NCBI GenBank assembly: GCA_965237525.1
Contig: CBDEFO010000008.1
Coordinates: 224,001 to 288,000, forward strand
Reading direction: 5' to 3'
DNA length: 64,000 bases
Source: Candidatus Latescibacterota bacterium
GTDB taxonomy: Bacteria > Latescibacterota > CBDEFO01
Notes under the pieces: generated by a model
Database searches by the model: none
Told to the model about the DNA's origin: nothing
Seen by the model: only the letters and a program-made list of their open reading frames with translations
In this document: positions 43,164 through 53,231 of the stretch, piece after piece
Numbering within the stretch: position 1 is the stretch's first letter
Layout: the number at the start of each line of letters is the position of its first letter
Position numbers and translations under genes: made by a program

Positions 43164-43703
43164 ATGGAAAGGCTGATTGCAATAATATTTGCAGGGATGT
43201 TAATTATATCTTTGTGGACAGGATGCGCCTTTGCGGGGCACAGTAGCGATAATGACCCGTTGACCGTCAAAGATATAATAGAGATGAACGCCGCCAAGGT
43301 CGGAGACGAAGTGATAATAAGTCAGATCGAGGCTACAGGCTCGGTCTTTCATCTCTCAACGCAAGAGATAATCGCTCTAAAAGATGCAGGTATAAGCGAT
43401 AAAGTGATAAAAGCCATTATAGAGACGAGGATAAAGAGTCCTTCCTATCAAAGACGGACGGGCTTCACAATCTCCCCGAAGCGCCGTTATCGCTACAGCA
43501 CTCCTTATTACTACCGGACGCTTCATCGTGAGGTTTATTACTATCCGTCGCACGTCCCCACAGTCTCTTACTATCCATCGCATTTCCCTACCTTAATTAT
43601 AGTGCATCGCAGCATTCATGGTAAGGATCACCAGATACATCAAAGGCATTTCAATCACGGGTCGCATACCGTCCATGGCTGGAAGAGAAAAGCAGGATTG
43701 TAG
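43164..43703 (+). CDS. Secreted hypothetical protein with Tyr/His-rich tail
   Basis: GGAGG RBS, signal peptide, 'LSTQEIIALKDAGISDKVI' helical motif. Confidence 0.7.
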   Translation: MERLIAIIFAGMLIISLWTGCAFAGHSSDNDPLTVKDIIEMNAAKVGDEVIISQIEATGSVFHLSTQEIIALKDAGISDKVIKAIIETRIKSPSYQRRTGFTISPKRRYRYSTPYYYRTLHREVYYYPSHVPTVSYYPSHFPTLIIVHRSIHGKDHQIHQRHFNHGSHTVHGWKRKAGL

Positions 43704-43789
43704 TGGAAGTGGGTTTAAATGGGCAGATACTCCCTACATCGTGATTTAGACAAAATGTAACCAAAACTTCTATACGCTGAAAAAGTCCG

Positions 43790-44503
43790 GTGAAGTCTCT
43801 CATAATCATACCCACCTACAACGAGAAAGAGAATATCCGGGAAATTATTCAGGAGCTATTCAAGCTCAGTTTGTGCTTCGAGGTGCTCGTTGTAGACGAC
43901 AACTCTCCCGACGGAACCGGAGAGATCGTTGATGGGCTTTGCGTCGATAATCCTAAAGTTCACGTCATACACAGACCCCGAAAGATGGGTCTGGGATCGG
44001 CCTATGTGGAGGGTTTCAGATTCGCTTTAGAGAAAGATTACGACATCGTCTTTGAGATGGACGCCGATTTTTCCCACGATCCCGGTTATCTACCGATCTT
44101 CCTTGAGCAGATAAAGGAATGCGACCTCGTTTTGGGGTCTCGCTACATACGGGGGATCAGGGTTACAAACTGGCCCTTGGGAAGGCTTCTTTTGAGCTAC
44201 TTTGCGAACATATACGCCAGAACAGTCACCGGCCTACCCGTAAAAGACACCACAGGCGGATTCAAATGCTTCAGACGAGAAGTCCTGGAGAGCATAGACC
44301 TGGACAAGGTGAGCTCGGAAGGGTACTCGTTTCAGATCGAAATGACCTTCAGAGCCTGGAAGAAGGGCTTCAGGATATGCGAGATTCCCATAACCTTTCG
44401 GGACAGACAGAAGGGCAAATCCAAAATGTCCTTTAAAATCAACAGAGAAGCCGTCTGGATGGTCTGGAAGCTGCGCCTGTTGGGAATCTTAAGGAGAATA
44501 TAA
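43790..44503 (+). CDS. Polyprenol monophosphomannose synthase (GT2)
   Basis: IIPTYNE, VDDNSPDGT, EMDADFSH, GYSFQIE. Confidence 0.9.
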   Translation: MKSLIIIPTYNEKENIREIIQELFKLSLCFEVLVVDDNSPDGTGEIVDGLCVDNPKVHVIHRPRKMGLGSAYVEGFRFALEKDYDIVFEMDADFSHDPGYLPIFLEQIKECDLVLGSRYIRGIRVTNWPLGRLLLSYFANIYARTVTGLPVKDTTGGFKCFRREVLESIDLDKVSSEGYSFQIEMTFRAWKKGFRICEIPITFRDRQKGKSKMSFKINREAVWMVWKLRLLGILRRI

Positions 44504-44508
44504 CCAGT

Positions 44509-46167
44509 ATGGACCTTTCCGTTGTAATAGTAAGCTACAACGTCAAGAGCTTCCTGGAGCAAGCCTTAAGAACCATAACAGACGCCTCACAGGGACTTGA
44601 GGTGGAGATATTCACCGTTGATAACAACTCGGCAGACGGGAGCCCAAAGATGGTGGAGAGCCAGTTCCCCGACGTTCGGCTAATATGCAACGACCGTAAT
44701 GTAGGCTTCGCCAAAGCCAACAACCAGGTTATCCAACTTTGCAAGGGGCGCCATATCCTCCTTATCAACGCAGATACCATAGTCCAACGGGATACACTAA
44801 GAACTATGGTCAAATTTATGGACGAGCACAAGGACGCTGGGGCAGCAGGATGTAAGCTTCTAAACCCTGACGGCACGCTGCAGCTTTCCTGCAGGAGAGG
44901 GTTCCCCTCACCCGATGTGGCGTTCTACAAGATAGTAGGGCTTTCCAACCTCTTTCCCAAAAGCCGCAGATTCGGAAGATACAATCTCACCTATCTCGAC
45001 CCCTCAAAGACTCACGAAGTAGACGCCCTGTCGGGGTCGTTCATGATCGTGCGGAGGGAGATACTCGACCAGGTCGGTCTTTTGGACGACAGGTGGTTTT
45101 TCTACGCCGAAGACCTCGATTGGTGCTACCGGATAAAGCAGGCCGGCTGGAAGGTCTATTACGTTCCCGAAACAGAGATAATACACTTTAAAGGCGAAAG
45201 CTCCAAGAAAGTTCCCAGGGTCAAAGACCGCATAACCTTCTACAGAGCTATGTACATATTCGTCCAGAAGCATTTTAAGAAGCGCCTCTTATTTATCCCC
45301 TTGGAATGGTTTCTGACTGTGGGAATAATCTTAAGAGGGCTCATTTCCATCCTGGTAAGGGCAGGGGAAAAGTTCCTCTGGCCTGTAATCGACTCAGCCT
45401 TGGTCCTCTTAGGCTTATATTTGGGGATAACACTGAGATTTCAGGACTCTATAAAGCCGCCAGCTTTTTCTCAATGGGAATGGACAGCCATATACGCCCT
45501 CTGCTGGGCATCATGGCTTTTGTCCTTTTGGATTTTGGGCCTTTATGACAGAAATAAATATTCTCCTTTCAGAGCGCTTCTGGGAGTACTTACGGGCTAT
45601 CTTCCAATAGCTATTACCGGATTCTCCTTCAGAGAATACCACTTCTCCCGAATAGCGATGTTCTACGCCTGGGCTATAAACTGTGCCTTCATCGCCGGAT
45701 GGAGAACTCTCTTCTACTTAATATCTAAAGCACTGATAGGAAGGGATATAGGTAGAAGGCGCTCGCTTATAGTCGGAGCTGCAGAAGAAGGCGCGTCCTT
45801 TATGCGGATGTTGAACGAGCAGCAGTTAGACTATGAGGTGGTGGGATTTGTGGACTCAAGAGAGGAGATGAGAGGCAATTTGGTCGAAGGAAAGGGCGTT
45901 ATAGGAGTCATCGATGACCTTCCCGCGCTGGTGCGTGAGTATAGAGTCGATGAAATCATAGTAACCACCAAAGACGTGCCCTATTCAGATTTACTCGGAC
46001 TCAATCCGAGACTTTTTGGACCTGCCCTCCAACTCAAGCTTGTCCCCGGCTCTTTTGATTCCCTTATGAACGGAAGAAACATAGGGCACATTGACGACCT
46101 TCCCCTAGTGGAAATCGCCTACAGACGAAAAGGCATCTTGAACAGGATTTTCAGGAGAGATCTTTGA
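44509..46167 (+). CDS. GT2 glycosyltransferase fused to TM and CoA-binding-like domains
   Basis: VVIVSYN, DNNSADGS, EDLDWC; C-terminal LIVGA...GFVD...VDEII. Confidence 0.85.
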   Translation: MDLSVVIVSYNVKSFLEQALRTITDASQGLEVEIFTVDNNSADGSPKMVESQFPDVRLICNDRNVGFAKANNQVIQLCKGRHILLINADTIVQRDTLRTMVKFMDEHKDAGAAGCKLLNPDGTLQLSCRRGFPSPDVAFYKIVGLSNLFPKSRRFGRYNLTYLDPSKTHEVDALSGSFMIVRREILDQVGLLDDRWFFYAEDLDWCYRIKQAGWKVYYVPETEIIHFKGESSKKVPRVKDRITFYRAMYIFVQKHFKKRLLFIPLEWFLTVGIILRGLISILVRAGEKFLWPVIDSALVLLGLYLGITLRFQDSIKPPAFSQWEWTAIYALCWASWLLSFWILGLYDRNKYSPFRALLGVLTGYLPIAITGFSFREYHFSRIAMFYAWAINCAFIAGWRTLFYLISKALIGRDIGRRRSLIVGAAEEGASFMRMLNEQQLDYEVVGFVDSREEMRGNLVEGKGVIGVIDDLPALVREYRVDEIIVTTKDVPYSDLLGLNPRLFGPALQLKLVPGSFDSLMNGRNIGHIDDLPLVEIAYRRKGILNRIFRRDL

Positions 46168-47750
46168 ATGCTTGTTTCCACCTGTCTACTGCCTGCTGGC
46201 TAATGTCTGCTGTCCTTATCATCTCCTGCGCAGGGGAGGAAGAAAAAAGGGTAGACATCTTCCGATTTAGAATCGGAGCAGACCCTCCCTCTTTAGATCC
46301 AGTCCACTCCACAGATACCATCTCAGGAGCCATCGTCTCGCACATATTCGACGGACTGGTGAAACTGGATCCCGAAACTGGAGAAGTAGTCCCCGCCGTC
46401 GCCGACACCTTCTGGTCGTCTCAAGACGGAAAAGTATGGACCTTCCGTCTCAAAAAGGGCGTCCGCTTCCACAACGGAAGAGAAGTGATAGCAAGGGATT
46501 TCCACTACTCCTTCGAAAGGGTGCTGTCCCCAGAAACCAGAGCCGAAAGGCCCTGGGTCCTCGAACCGATATTAGGCGCAAGAGATTTTATAGACGGAAT
46601 AGTCTTCAGCGTTGAGGGCATTCAGGCTGTAGATGACTATACACTGGTCATAACACTCGAAGAGCACTTCGCCCCGTTCTTGACCCAATTGTGTATGGAG
46701 ATAGCAAGTGTAGTGCCGGGCGAAGAAGTCGCAAAGCGGAAAGAGGACTTTTCATCCCATCCTGTCGGCTGTGGACCCTTCAAGTTTTCCGAATGGAAGC
46801 ACGATGTCCAAGTGAGGCTCGAAAGATTCGACGACTACTATGGTCAAAGAGCCCATATAGATGGAATCGAATACCACATACTCCCGGACGTAAGCGTAGC
46901 CCTAGAAAAATACAAAGCGGGAGAGCTCGACCTCTTAGATGACATACCCCCAGGACAAGTCCGGTTCCTTAAGGGTAGATTCCCCGATGAAGTTAAGATA
47001 TGGCCCGTTATGTCCATAAGATACCTGGGAATGGACCTTCAACGGGAGCCGTTCAGGGACAACGTCCTTTTAAGGAAGGCTATCAACTACGCTATAGACA
47101 AGATAAACTTGTGCGACGTAATAATGGAAGGGTGCGCCGTCCCCGCCAAGGGAGTCCTCCCCCCTTTGCTGTGGGACGGAAAAGAAAGGCTCGACGTGTA
47201 CCCTTATAGTCCGAAAAAGGCAAAAGAGCTTCTGGAGGAGGCGGGATTCCCAGACGGAGAGGGACTCCCAGAGCTTACCCTGTGGCATCCAAACAGCCAG
47301 GCCGAACAGAGGGTATGGCAGTTTGTTCAGGCCAATCTCCAGGACATAGGGATAAAGACCAAGCTTAAGAGTCTCGATTGGGCGGTATATCTTTCGGTGG
47401 TTCGCCGAGGAAGGGCGCAACTTTTCAGAGGTAGTTGGGTCGCCGACTATCCTGACCCTCACAACTTTCTCTACATACTTTTATACAGGAAAAACTTCGG
47501 AGAGGCGGGCAACTACGCAAGATATTCTAACCTCCGATTCGACGCTCTGGTTGAGGAAGCCAAAAGGGAGAGGGATCCCCATAAGAGGAGAAAACTCTAT
47601 AGAGAGGCCGAGAGCATAGCTGTCGAAGAGGTCCCCTGGGCCTTTCTCTTCCACACAAGCGACAGGATGATCATAAAGCCCGAATGGAAAGGAGTCGTCC
47701 TTTCCCAGCAGGGAGACTGGATGATTCCACTTGAGAGGGTGTATAAGTGA
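46164..47750 (+). CDS. Peptide ABC transporter substrate-binding lipoprotein (family 5)
   Basis: Lipobox IISC, SLDP, FRLKKGVRFHNG, PVGCGPF, WVADYPDP. Confidence 0.9.
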   Translation: MNACFHLSTACWLMSAVLIISCAGEEEKRVDIFRFRIGADPPSLDPVHSTDTISGAIVSHIFDGLVKLDPETGEVVPAVADTFWSSQDGKVWTFRLKKGVRFHNGREVIARDFHYSFERVLSPETRAERPWVLEPILGARDFIDGIVFSVEGIQAVDDYTLVITLEEHFAPFLTQLCMEIASVVPGEEVAKRKEDFSSHPVGCGPFKFSEWKHDVQVRLERFDDYYGQRAHIDGIEYHILPDVSVALEKYKAGELDLLDDIPPGQVRFLKGRFPDEVKIWPVMSIRYLGMDLQREPFRDNVLLRKAINYAIDKINLCDVIMEGCAVPAKGVLPPLLWDGKERLDVYPYSPKKAKELLEEAGFPDGEGLPELTLWHPNSQAEQRVWQFVQANLQDIGIKTKLKSLDWAVYLSVVRRGRAQLFRGSWVADYPDPHNFLYILLYRKNFGEAGNYARYSNLRFDALVEEAKRERDPHKRRKLYREAESIAVEEVPWAFLFHTSDRMIIKPEWKGVVLSQQGDWMIPLERVYK

Positions 47751-47756
47751 GCTTAA

Positions 47757-48005
47757 TCACTCTCTTTTCCCCTTTTCTAACAATTTGGACAACGGAATCA
47801 GTTCCAGAAAAGCCAGTGCCCTGCTGTAATTCCGTCTTTCCAGATAATGCCGCAGCATAGTGGGGACCTCCGAACCCATCTGGGTTTTCAGTCTTTCTAT
47901 GATCTCTATCTGGCCGGCAATAGTTGGGCCTTCCTTTTCTGTCCCATCGAGTCGGAGCAAAGTTGCTATAGCATCTCGCAATTGTTCAGCAAGATCGCGT
48001 GTCAT
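47757..48005 (-). CDS. Small hypothetical protein (duplicate of 48388-48624)
   Basis: Shares GPTIAGQIEIIERLKTQMGSE.PTMLRHYLE with the paralog; GGAG RBS. Confidence 0.7.
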   Translation of the reverse strand: MTRDLAEQLRDAIATLLRLDGTEKEGPTIAGQIEIIERLKTQMGSEVPTMLRHYLERRNYSRALAFLELIPLSKLLEKGKRE

Positions 48006-48049
48006 TTCAATATACTCCCCCTTTACAATTTTGATAGAGGAATCTCTGC

Positions 48050-48190
48050 TCCTTTAGAGGTCCCTGTGAGATCCGTCACAGAACGGCTGATCTTTCGGGC
48101 GTCCGCATCGTTACCAAATAGGTATCAGGCTCAAGCTAACGGGTGATGGGACTTCTAGCTGCAATTACTGGTTGACCGCTTATATCACTT
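48050..48190 (-). pseudogene. Degraded copy of the CDGSH iron-sulfur gene
   Basis: Nucleotide similarity to 48675-48911 (gatccgtcacagaacggctgatctttcg) with indels. Confidence 0.7.
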
Positions 48191-48387
48191 TTCTCCTTGC
48201 TGAAGAGCCCCACTTAAAGAGAGTCGTTTGAAAAGGAAGACGCTCACCGGGCGTTTCTCTTATACGCAAGCGAAAGGATGATGATAAAGCCTAACTTGAA
48301 AGGAGTCGTCCTTGCCCATCAGGAGTACTGGCAATACCGCTTGAGAGGGTCTACAGGTGAATTTCATCAGCCTTTTTCCAAGCGCAC

Positions 48388-48624
48388 TTAACAATTGGGG
48401 ACAGCTGTATCATCACGTCCCTCCAGAAAATCCAGCGCCTTGGAAAAGCTCCGTTTCTCCAGATAATGCCGCAGCATAGTGGGGGTCTCCGAACCCATCT
48501 GGGTTTTCAGTCTTTCTATGATCTCAATCTGACCGGCAATAGTTGGCCCTTCCACTTCTGTTCCATGAAGTCTCAGCAAGGTCGCAATAGCTTCGTGCAG
48601 TTGTTCACCAATATCGCTTACCAT
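48388..48624 (-). CDS. Small hypothetical protein downstream of the CDGSH gene
   Basis: MVSDIGEQLHEAI...LRHYLEKRSFSKALDFLEG; duplicated in the window. Confidence 0.7.
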   Translation of the reverse strand: MVSDIGEQLHEAIATLLRLHGTEVEGPTIAGQIEIIERLKTQMGSETPTMLRHYLEKRSFSKALDFLEGRDDTAVPNC

Positions 48625-48674
48625 TTCGATGTACCCCTTCATTATATAATGTTGAAATAAAACTCTCCGTTCCT

Positions 48675-48911
48675 TCAGACGTTCTTGTGCGATCCATCGC
48701 AGAACGGGGCGTCGCCTGTGTGCTTGCATCGGCAGAACACAAACCGTTTCTTCTCCTCTACTGTGAATTCCACCGGAGTAAATCCAGTTCCTTTGTGAGA
48801 TCCATCACAGAACGGTTGATCTTTCGAGCGTCCGCACCGACACCAGTAGTACGTATCTGGTTCAAGCTCAAGGGCGATGGGCTTTCTGGCTGCAATTACA
48901 GGTTGGCTCAT
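48675..48911 (-). CDS. CDGSH iron-sulfur domain protein (two CDGSH motifs)
   Basis: WCRCGRSKDQPFCDGSH and FCRCKHTGDAPFCDGSH. Confidence 0.95.
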   Translation of the reverse strand: MSQPVIAARKPIALELEPDTYYWCRCGRSKDQPFCDGSHKGTGFTPVEFTVEEKKRFVFCRCKHTGDAPFCDGSHKNV

Positions 48912-49191
48912 GTCACTTTTCTCCTTGCTAAGGATCCCATTGGTGGGAAGTCGTTTAAAAAGAAAGATACAAAAGATTGAACCTGCACAATGTTCAATAA
49001 ATCTTCACATCATACAAATCCACCTACATAATCAGTCCAACTCCTACGATGCAACTGTCCCTGAACTGCGCCCCAGGAAAAGTTCTTGCTTTACGTTAAA
49101 AAGCCGCCTCTTCAGACTTGCTATTGCCTGCGATATTTAGAACGCATCTCGAAGGCGTGTTGATGCCCAAATTTTAAATGTCAACTATAAC

Positions 49192-50559
49192 TCATTGTTT
49201 GTTTTCATTGCATATATCAAGGCCATTTAACCTGCGCACAACGTCAAAGAGGACCTGCACCCCAAAGAGGACGTTGTCGGCAGAGATCCTCTCGTCGTGA
49301 CCGTGACACAACTGAAAGAACGTAGGCCCTGGTTCGTACTTCATCGGGAGGAAGCCGTAGACCTTCGTCTTTGTCCCTACAAAAGGCCTCGCATCTGTCC
49401 CGCCCGTTGCCATATATGGTATCACAAACGCCTCCGGATGATGCTTGGCGATAGCTTCCTGTACATACCCAAAGAGCGGGGTATCGTGGCCGGCTTCCAG
49501 CCCCCGAGCAAACCCTTCAGCACTTATGTCCACGTCGTCGCCTACGATCTTCTTCATCTCCTCTATAAACCCTTCTGCATCTACATCGGGAAGGGTCCGA
49601 CCGCTCAATTTGACCTTCACCTCAGACGGAATCACGTTCCTCTTTACTCCGCCCTCTAACATAGTAGGAGCGCAGGTGTTTCTGAGCATAGCATCGAACA
49701 TCCAGGCAGTTGGAGCGTCTACAGGCAACTTTTCCAAGATCTCTGGCTCCTTCTGGGGGTCAAGCATATCCAGATATAATTTTTTCGAGTCTTCGTCATC
49801 CTGAGCATTTGCTATCCCCTCGAAGAATTTACGTACAGAATCGGTGACCCTATGAGGCATTTTCTCTTCAGATATGCGTTCTATTGTCCGAGCTAAACGA
49901 TAGATGGAATTGTCATCGTGAGGCGTCGAACTGTGTCCCGGCTGTCCCTTTGCAATTAGATCCACGTTATATGCGCCCTTTTCAGCGGTCTGACACAGAT
50001 AGAAGTGCTTTCCTCCCACGAGTATAGCGAATCCTCCGCCCTCGTTTATGCAGTACTCCGATTCTATCAGATCGTAGTGATTGTCCACAAGCCAATTTGC
50101 ACCGTATGCGCCCCCCATCTCCTCATCCGCACAAGCTGCGATTATGACGTCCCTTTTCAGGGGAACTTTATGGCGGGACAGAAGAAGGAGGATCATCATT
50201 TCAACGGCAGTCGTAAGCTTGGAGTCTATTGCGCCCCTCCCCCAGATGTAGCCGTCAGCCAGAGTAGCTGAAAAGGGTGGGTACGTCCACTCATCCGGTT
50301 CTACGGGCACCACGTCCACGTGCGAAAGTAAAAGGAGGGGCGGCAGTTCCCCTGTTCCCTTCAATCTCCCTACCGCGTTCGCCCGATCTGGAGCAGACTT
50401 CAATACAGAAGTCTGGATTCCATCATCAGACAGCACATCGGCTACAAATTCGATAGCCGGAAGTTCATTTCCCGGAGGATTCGTGGTGTCGAATCGGATC
50501 AACTGCCGTAAAAGCTCAACCGCCTCGTCTTTGACTGGCTTCCAATCTATATTTTCCAT
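49192..50559 (-). CDS. M20/M25/M40 family metallopeptidase
   Basis: SHVDVVP, GRGAIDSK, ADEE, NEGG, GGTD, HGHDERI. Confidence 0.9.
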   Translation of the reverse strand: MENIDWKPVKDEAVELLRQLIRFDTTNPPGNELPAIEFVADVLSDDGIQTSVLKSAPDRANAVGRLKGTGELPPLLLLSHVDVVPVEPDEWTYPPFSATLADGYIWGRGAIDSKLTTAVEMMILLLLSRHKVPLKRDVIIAACADEEMGGAYGANWLVDNHYDLIESEYCINEGGGFAILVGGKHFYLCQTAEKGAYNVDLIAKGQPGHSSTPHDDNSIYRLARTIERISEEKMPHRVTDSVRKFFEGIANAQDDEDSKKLYLDMLDPQKEPEILEKLPVDAPTAWMFDAMLRNTCAPTMLEGGVKRNVIPSEVKVKLSGRTLPDVDAEGFIEEMKKIVGDDVDISAEGFARGLEAGHDTPLFGYVQEAIAKHHPEAFVIPYMATGGTDARPFVGTKTKVYGFLPMKYEPGPTFFQLCHGHDERISADNVLFGVQVLFDVVRRLNGLDICNENKQ

Positions 50560-50663
50560 GCAAGTCTCCACAAGTCTGCAGTGGCAGATCCAAGTGCCCG
50601 CCGCGAAAGCTTGGACCAATCGCGCGAACACATAGGTTCGCCCTTACAGGTGTCCTCTTAAAC

Positions 50664-50978
50664 CTAAGAACCAGCCCTTATCGCATTCCTTATCAAATAC
50701 TTGGCCGGAAGCGGCCATCCTCTTCCGTCTTCTTTCTTGTAGACTCTGCACGTCAGCGCATAGTGCTTCGTAGACTCGGCCTCGGGGTCTATGTCCACTC
50801 CGTTTACCCTGATAGTCGGAGATCCCAAAAACTTCAGATCTACTGCCTGCTGGTCTGAGTCCACCTCGATGCGCTCTACCTCCGCAGTTACTTCCTCCTC
50901 TTGGAGGACTTCGTTCAAGAGTTCGTATCCCCGCTCGTGGGAGGGACAACCTTTAAAGAAGAGATAATCTATATGCAT
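50664..50978 (-). CDS. DUF2703-like thioredoxin-fold protein
   Basis: F.GCPS, FLGSPTIRVNGVD, CRVY. Confidence 0.75.
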   Translation of the reverse strand: MHIDYLFFKGCPSHERGYELLNEVLQEEEVTAEVERIEVDSDQQAVDLKFLGSPTIRVNGVDIDPEAESTKHYALTCRVYKKEDGRGWPLPAKYLIRNAIRAGS

Positions 50979-51122
50979 ATTCGGCTTCAGAGACCAAGTA
51001 TCAGTTCCAAATCGTGTGGAGGTGGTTATACAGATCCAAAATAGTGGACGCACCTAGTAGACGAGGCAGTTTAAGTGAGCATGCCTCGCTCCCCCGATAG
51101 TATGGATTTTTCTGGGATAGTA

Positions 51123-51491
51123 TTAGTCGAGATTCTCGTTGAAGAGGATTTGATTTCCGAATGGATCCTTCACGGTGACTGTCCTGGCATTCCATGGGGC
51201 CTGTTCCAGACCAGGACGATTGTATTTGTAATCCTTATCGGATAGTTCCCGGTGGAGATCCTCAATCCCGGTGATGTGCACGAACACTTTCGCACCAGGA
51301 CAACAATCACCATGATGCTCTGAAAGATGAAGGACCAGATCTCCCCTTGAGATCTGCATGTAGATCGGCATCCCCTCGCCGAAGCTGTGTTGCCAATCAA
51401 TTTTGAAGCCGAGCCAATCAATATAAAATTGGGTGGTCTTTGAGATGTCGAATATTCGCAGAACGGGTATTACCTGTTCGAATGTAGCCAC
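51123..51491 (-). CDS. Glyoxalase/bleomycin resistance superfamily protein
   Basis: FYIDWLGF.IDW.H, LHLSEHHGD, DPFGN. Confidence 0.9.
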   Translation of the reverse strand: MATFEQVIPVLRIFDISKTTQFYIDWLGFKIDWQHSFGEGMPIYMQISRGDLVLHLSEHHGDCCPGAKVFVHITGIEDLHRELSDKDYKYNRPGLEQAPWNARTVTVKDPFGNQILFNENLD

Positions 51492-51537
51492 GATTGCCCC
51501 CTCTTTACTGTCTCCTTACTTAAGTGCCACTCGCCCC

Positions 51538-52758
51538 TTAGATCCGCTCCCACCAGTCCGGATCTACGCCCGTCATCATGGCCCGTTCCACCTTGCTTAA
51601 TGGACGCCTGTCTTCTATGTCGTATTTGCTCTTATCGCACACGTTCCCGTTCCGTATTGTAGCCACTGCCGAAAGCTTCTTGTCCCATGTGGCCTTCTGG
51701 CCGTGAGTATCTACAAAACCGAATTCGCCCTCTAAAAGCTCGAAGACTCCGATGTCCGCGGAGTAGCCCACCTTCAGGCTCCCCATTTCGTCCTCCCTTT
51801 TCACAGCCCGCGCCGGTGCGATAGTGCTCTTTTCTATAGCGTCCTCCAAACTCATCCCCATATAGAGGAACTTGGATATGGTCGTAGGGAAATCGTAGAC
51901 TGGACCTCCAATGCTTAAGCTGTGCAGATCTGTGCTGATAACATCTGGCAGGAAGTGGTGCTCGAAAGCCGCCTTTGCCGTATCGAAATTGAAACTCCCC
52001 GCGCCGTGTCCCACGTCGAATATCACCCCTCTCTCCCGGGCGACGATCACTTCGGGAAGCAGATTGTCCTTCTCATCTATGATGCCGTCACCTCTGCCCT
52101 GATAGCAGTGGGTCACAATATCGCCCGGCCGCAGAAGTTTAAGTACGTCCGGGAGCGGAACGCCAGCCCCTATGTGAACCATTAGGGGGGTACCTGAGTT
52201 CTCAGCCGCCCGGACAGCCATCCTGAGCGGCTCGACCCCGTTTTGTTGTCCCACCTGCCCTCCCCCCTGTCTGACCTTCACACCCACAGCGATATCTCTG
52301 TTCTCCTCTATCGCCTGAGCTACCTCGTCAGGAGCCGCGTAGTCCATATCAAGCATCTCTCCCACAGGCCCGTAGACCAGGCCGATGCCCGATATGTGAA
52401 TAAACGAAAGTACCCTTGTTCGGGATCGGTTGACCACCAACTCCCTGAACCCCGGAAACGTTACCCAGCCAGGACTGCCTGCGTCCACTGCTCCTGTCAC
52501 ACCGTTCAAAAGGCACACAGGATCGGCCTCAATCCCCCATGTGGTTACCCCCACATATACGTGAATATGGATGTCCAGAAGCCCCGGAGTTACGAATTTG
52601 CCCGATGCGTCAAAAACCTCTGACGCATCCTCAGGCTTGATGTCCTCCTCAAGAGCGACCACCTTCCCACCCTTGATCCCCACGTCCATGTTGCAGTTGA
52701 TCCTTTGAGAAGGGTCTATTACAACCCCTCCCTTTACAACCAGATCGTATTTCATCAT
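51538..52758 (-). CDS. Amidohydrolase/deacetylase (dihydroorotase-like) metallohydrolase
   Basis: PGLLDIHIH, DAGS, MVHIG, DVGHGAGSF, ISTDLH. Confidence 0.9.
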   Translation of the reverse strand: MMKYDLVVKGGVVIDPSQRINCNMDVGIKGGKVVALEEDIKPEDASEVFDASGKFVTPGLLDIHIHVYVGVTTWGIEADPVCLLNGVTGAVDAGSPGWVTFPGFRELVVNRSRTRVLSFIHISGIGLVYGPVGEMLDMDYAAPDEVAQAIEENRDIAVGVKVRQGGGQVGQQNGVEPLRMAVRAAENSGTPLMVHIGAGVPLPDVLKLLRPGDIVTHCYQGRGDGIIDEKDNLLPEVIVARERGVIFDVGHGAGSFNFDTAKAAFEHHFLPDVISTDLHSLSIGGPVYDFPTTISKFLYMGMSLEDAIEKSTIAPARAVKREDEMGSLKVGYSADIGVFELLEGEFGFVDTHGQKATWDKKLSAVATIRNGNVCDKSKYDIEDRRPLSKVERAMMTGVDPDWWERI

Positions 52759-52830
52759 CACGCCCTCAGATAAGTAGACAGGGACACCTCCTCCCATCCT
52801 GTCAATGATAGTGGAAGCACAGATCCCGAA

Positions 52831-53064
52831 CTACATTCTTCCCTTTATCTCCTTTTGAATCTCCTTATATTCGGGAAATCTGCCCTCCTTCTTTTTCGAG
52901 AAGACCAGATCTTTGTCGATGGACACCTCAAACTTCCCGCCATCGGACGGGACGAGGACCAGTTGAGATATGTCCTGTTTGAACTCCTCTAAAATCTCGC
53001 TCGTCATACTGACGGCCTGGGGCTCGTAGCCTCAGGCGGCACAGTAGATGATCTCGATATCCAT
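52831..53064 (-). CDS. Rdx/SelW-like selenoprotein (CxxU), 77 aa, missed by the ORF track
   Basis: MDIEIIYCAA-TGA-GYEPQAVS...LVPSDGGKFEVSID..LVFSKKKEGRFPE; AGGAGG RBS; hairpin downstream of the TGA. Confidence 0.9.
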
Positions 53065-53231
53065 AGGTTTACACCTCCTGTTGAAAAATTGAATCCTTGT
53101 ATTGTTACTTCAACTTTCAGAAGTGACTGTTGCTGGAGAAGTTAGGCTCCTGTCAGCATAGGATCTGGAATAACTCCCTTAAACCGAGAAGAAGCAGTTA
53201 AGCTAAATCCACTGACAGTGATCCTGAAAAG

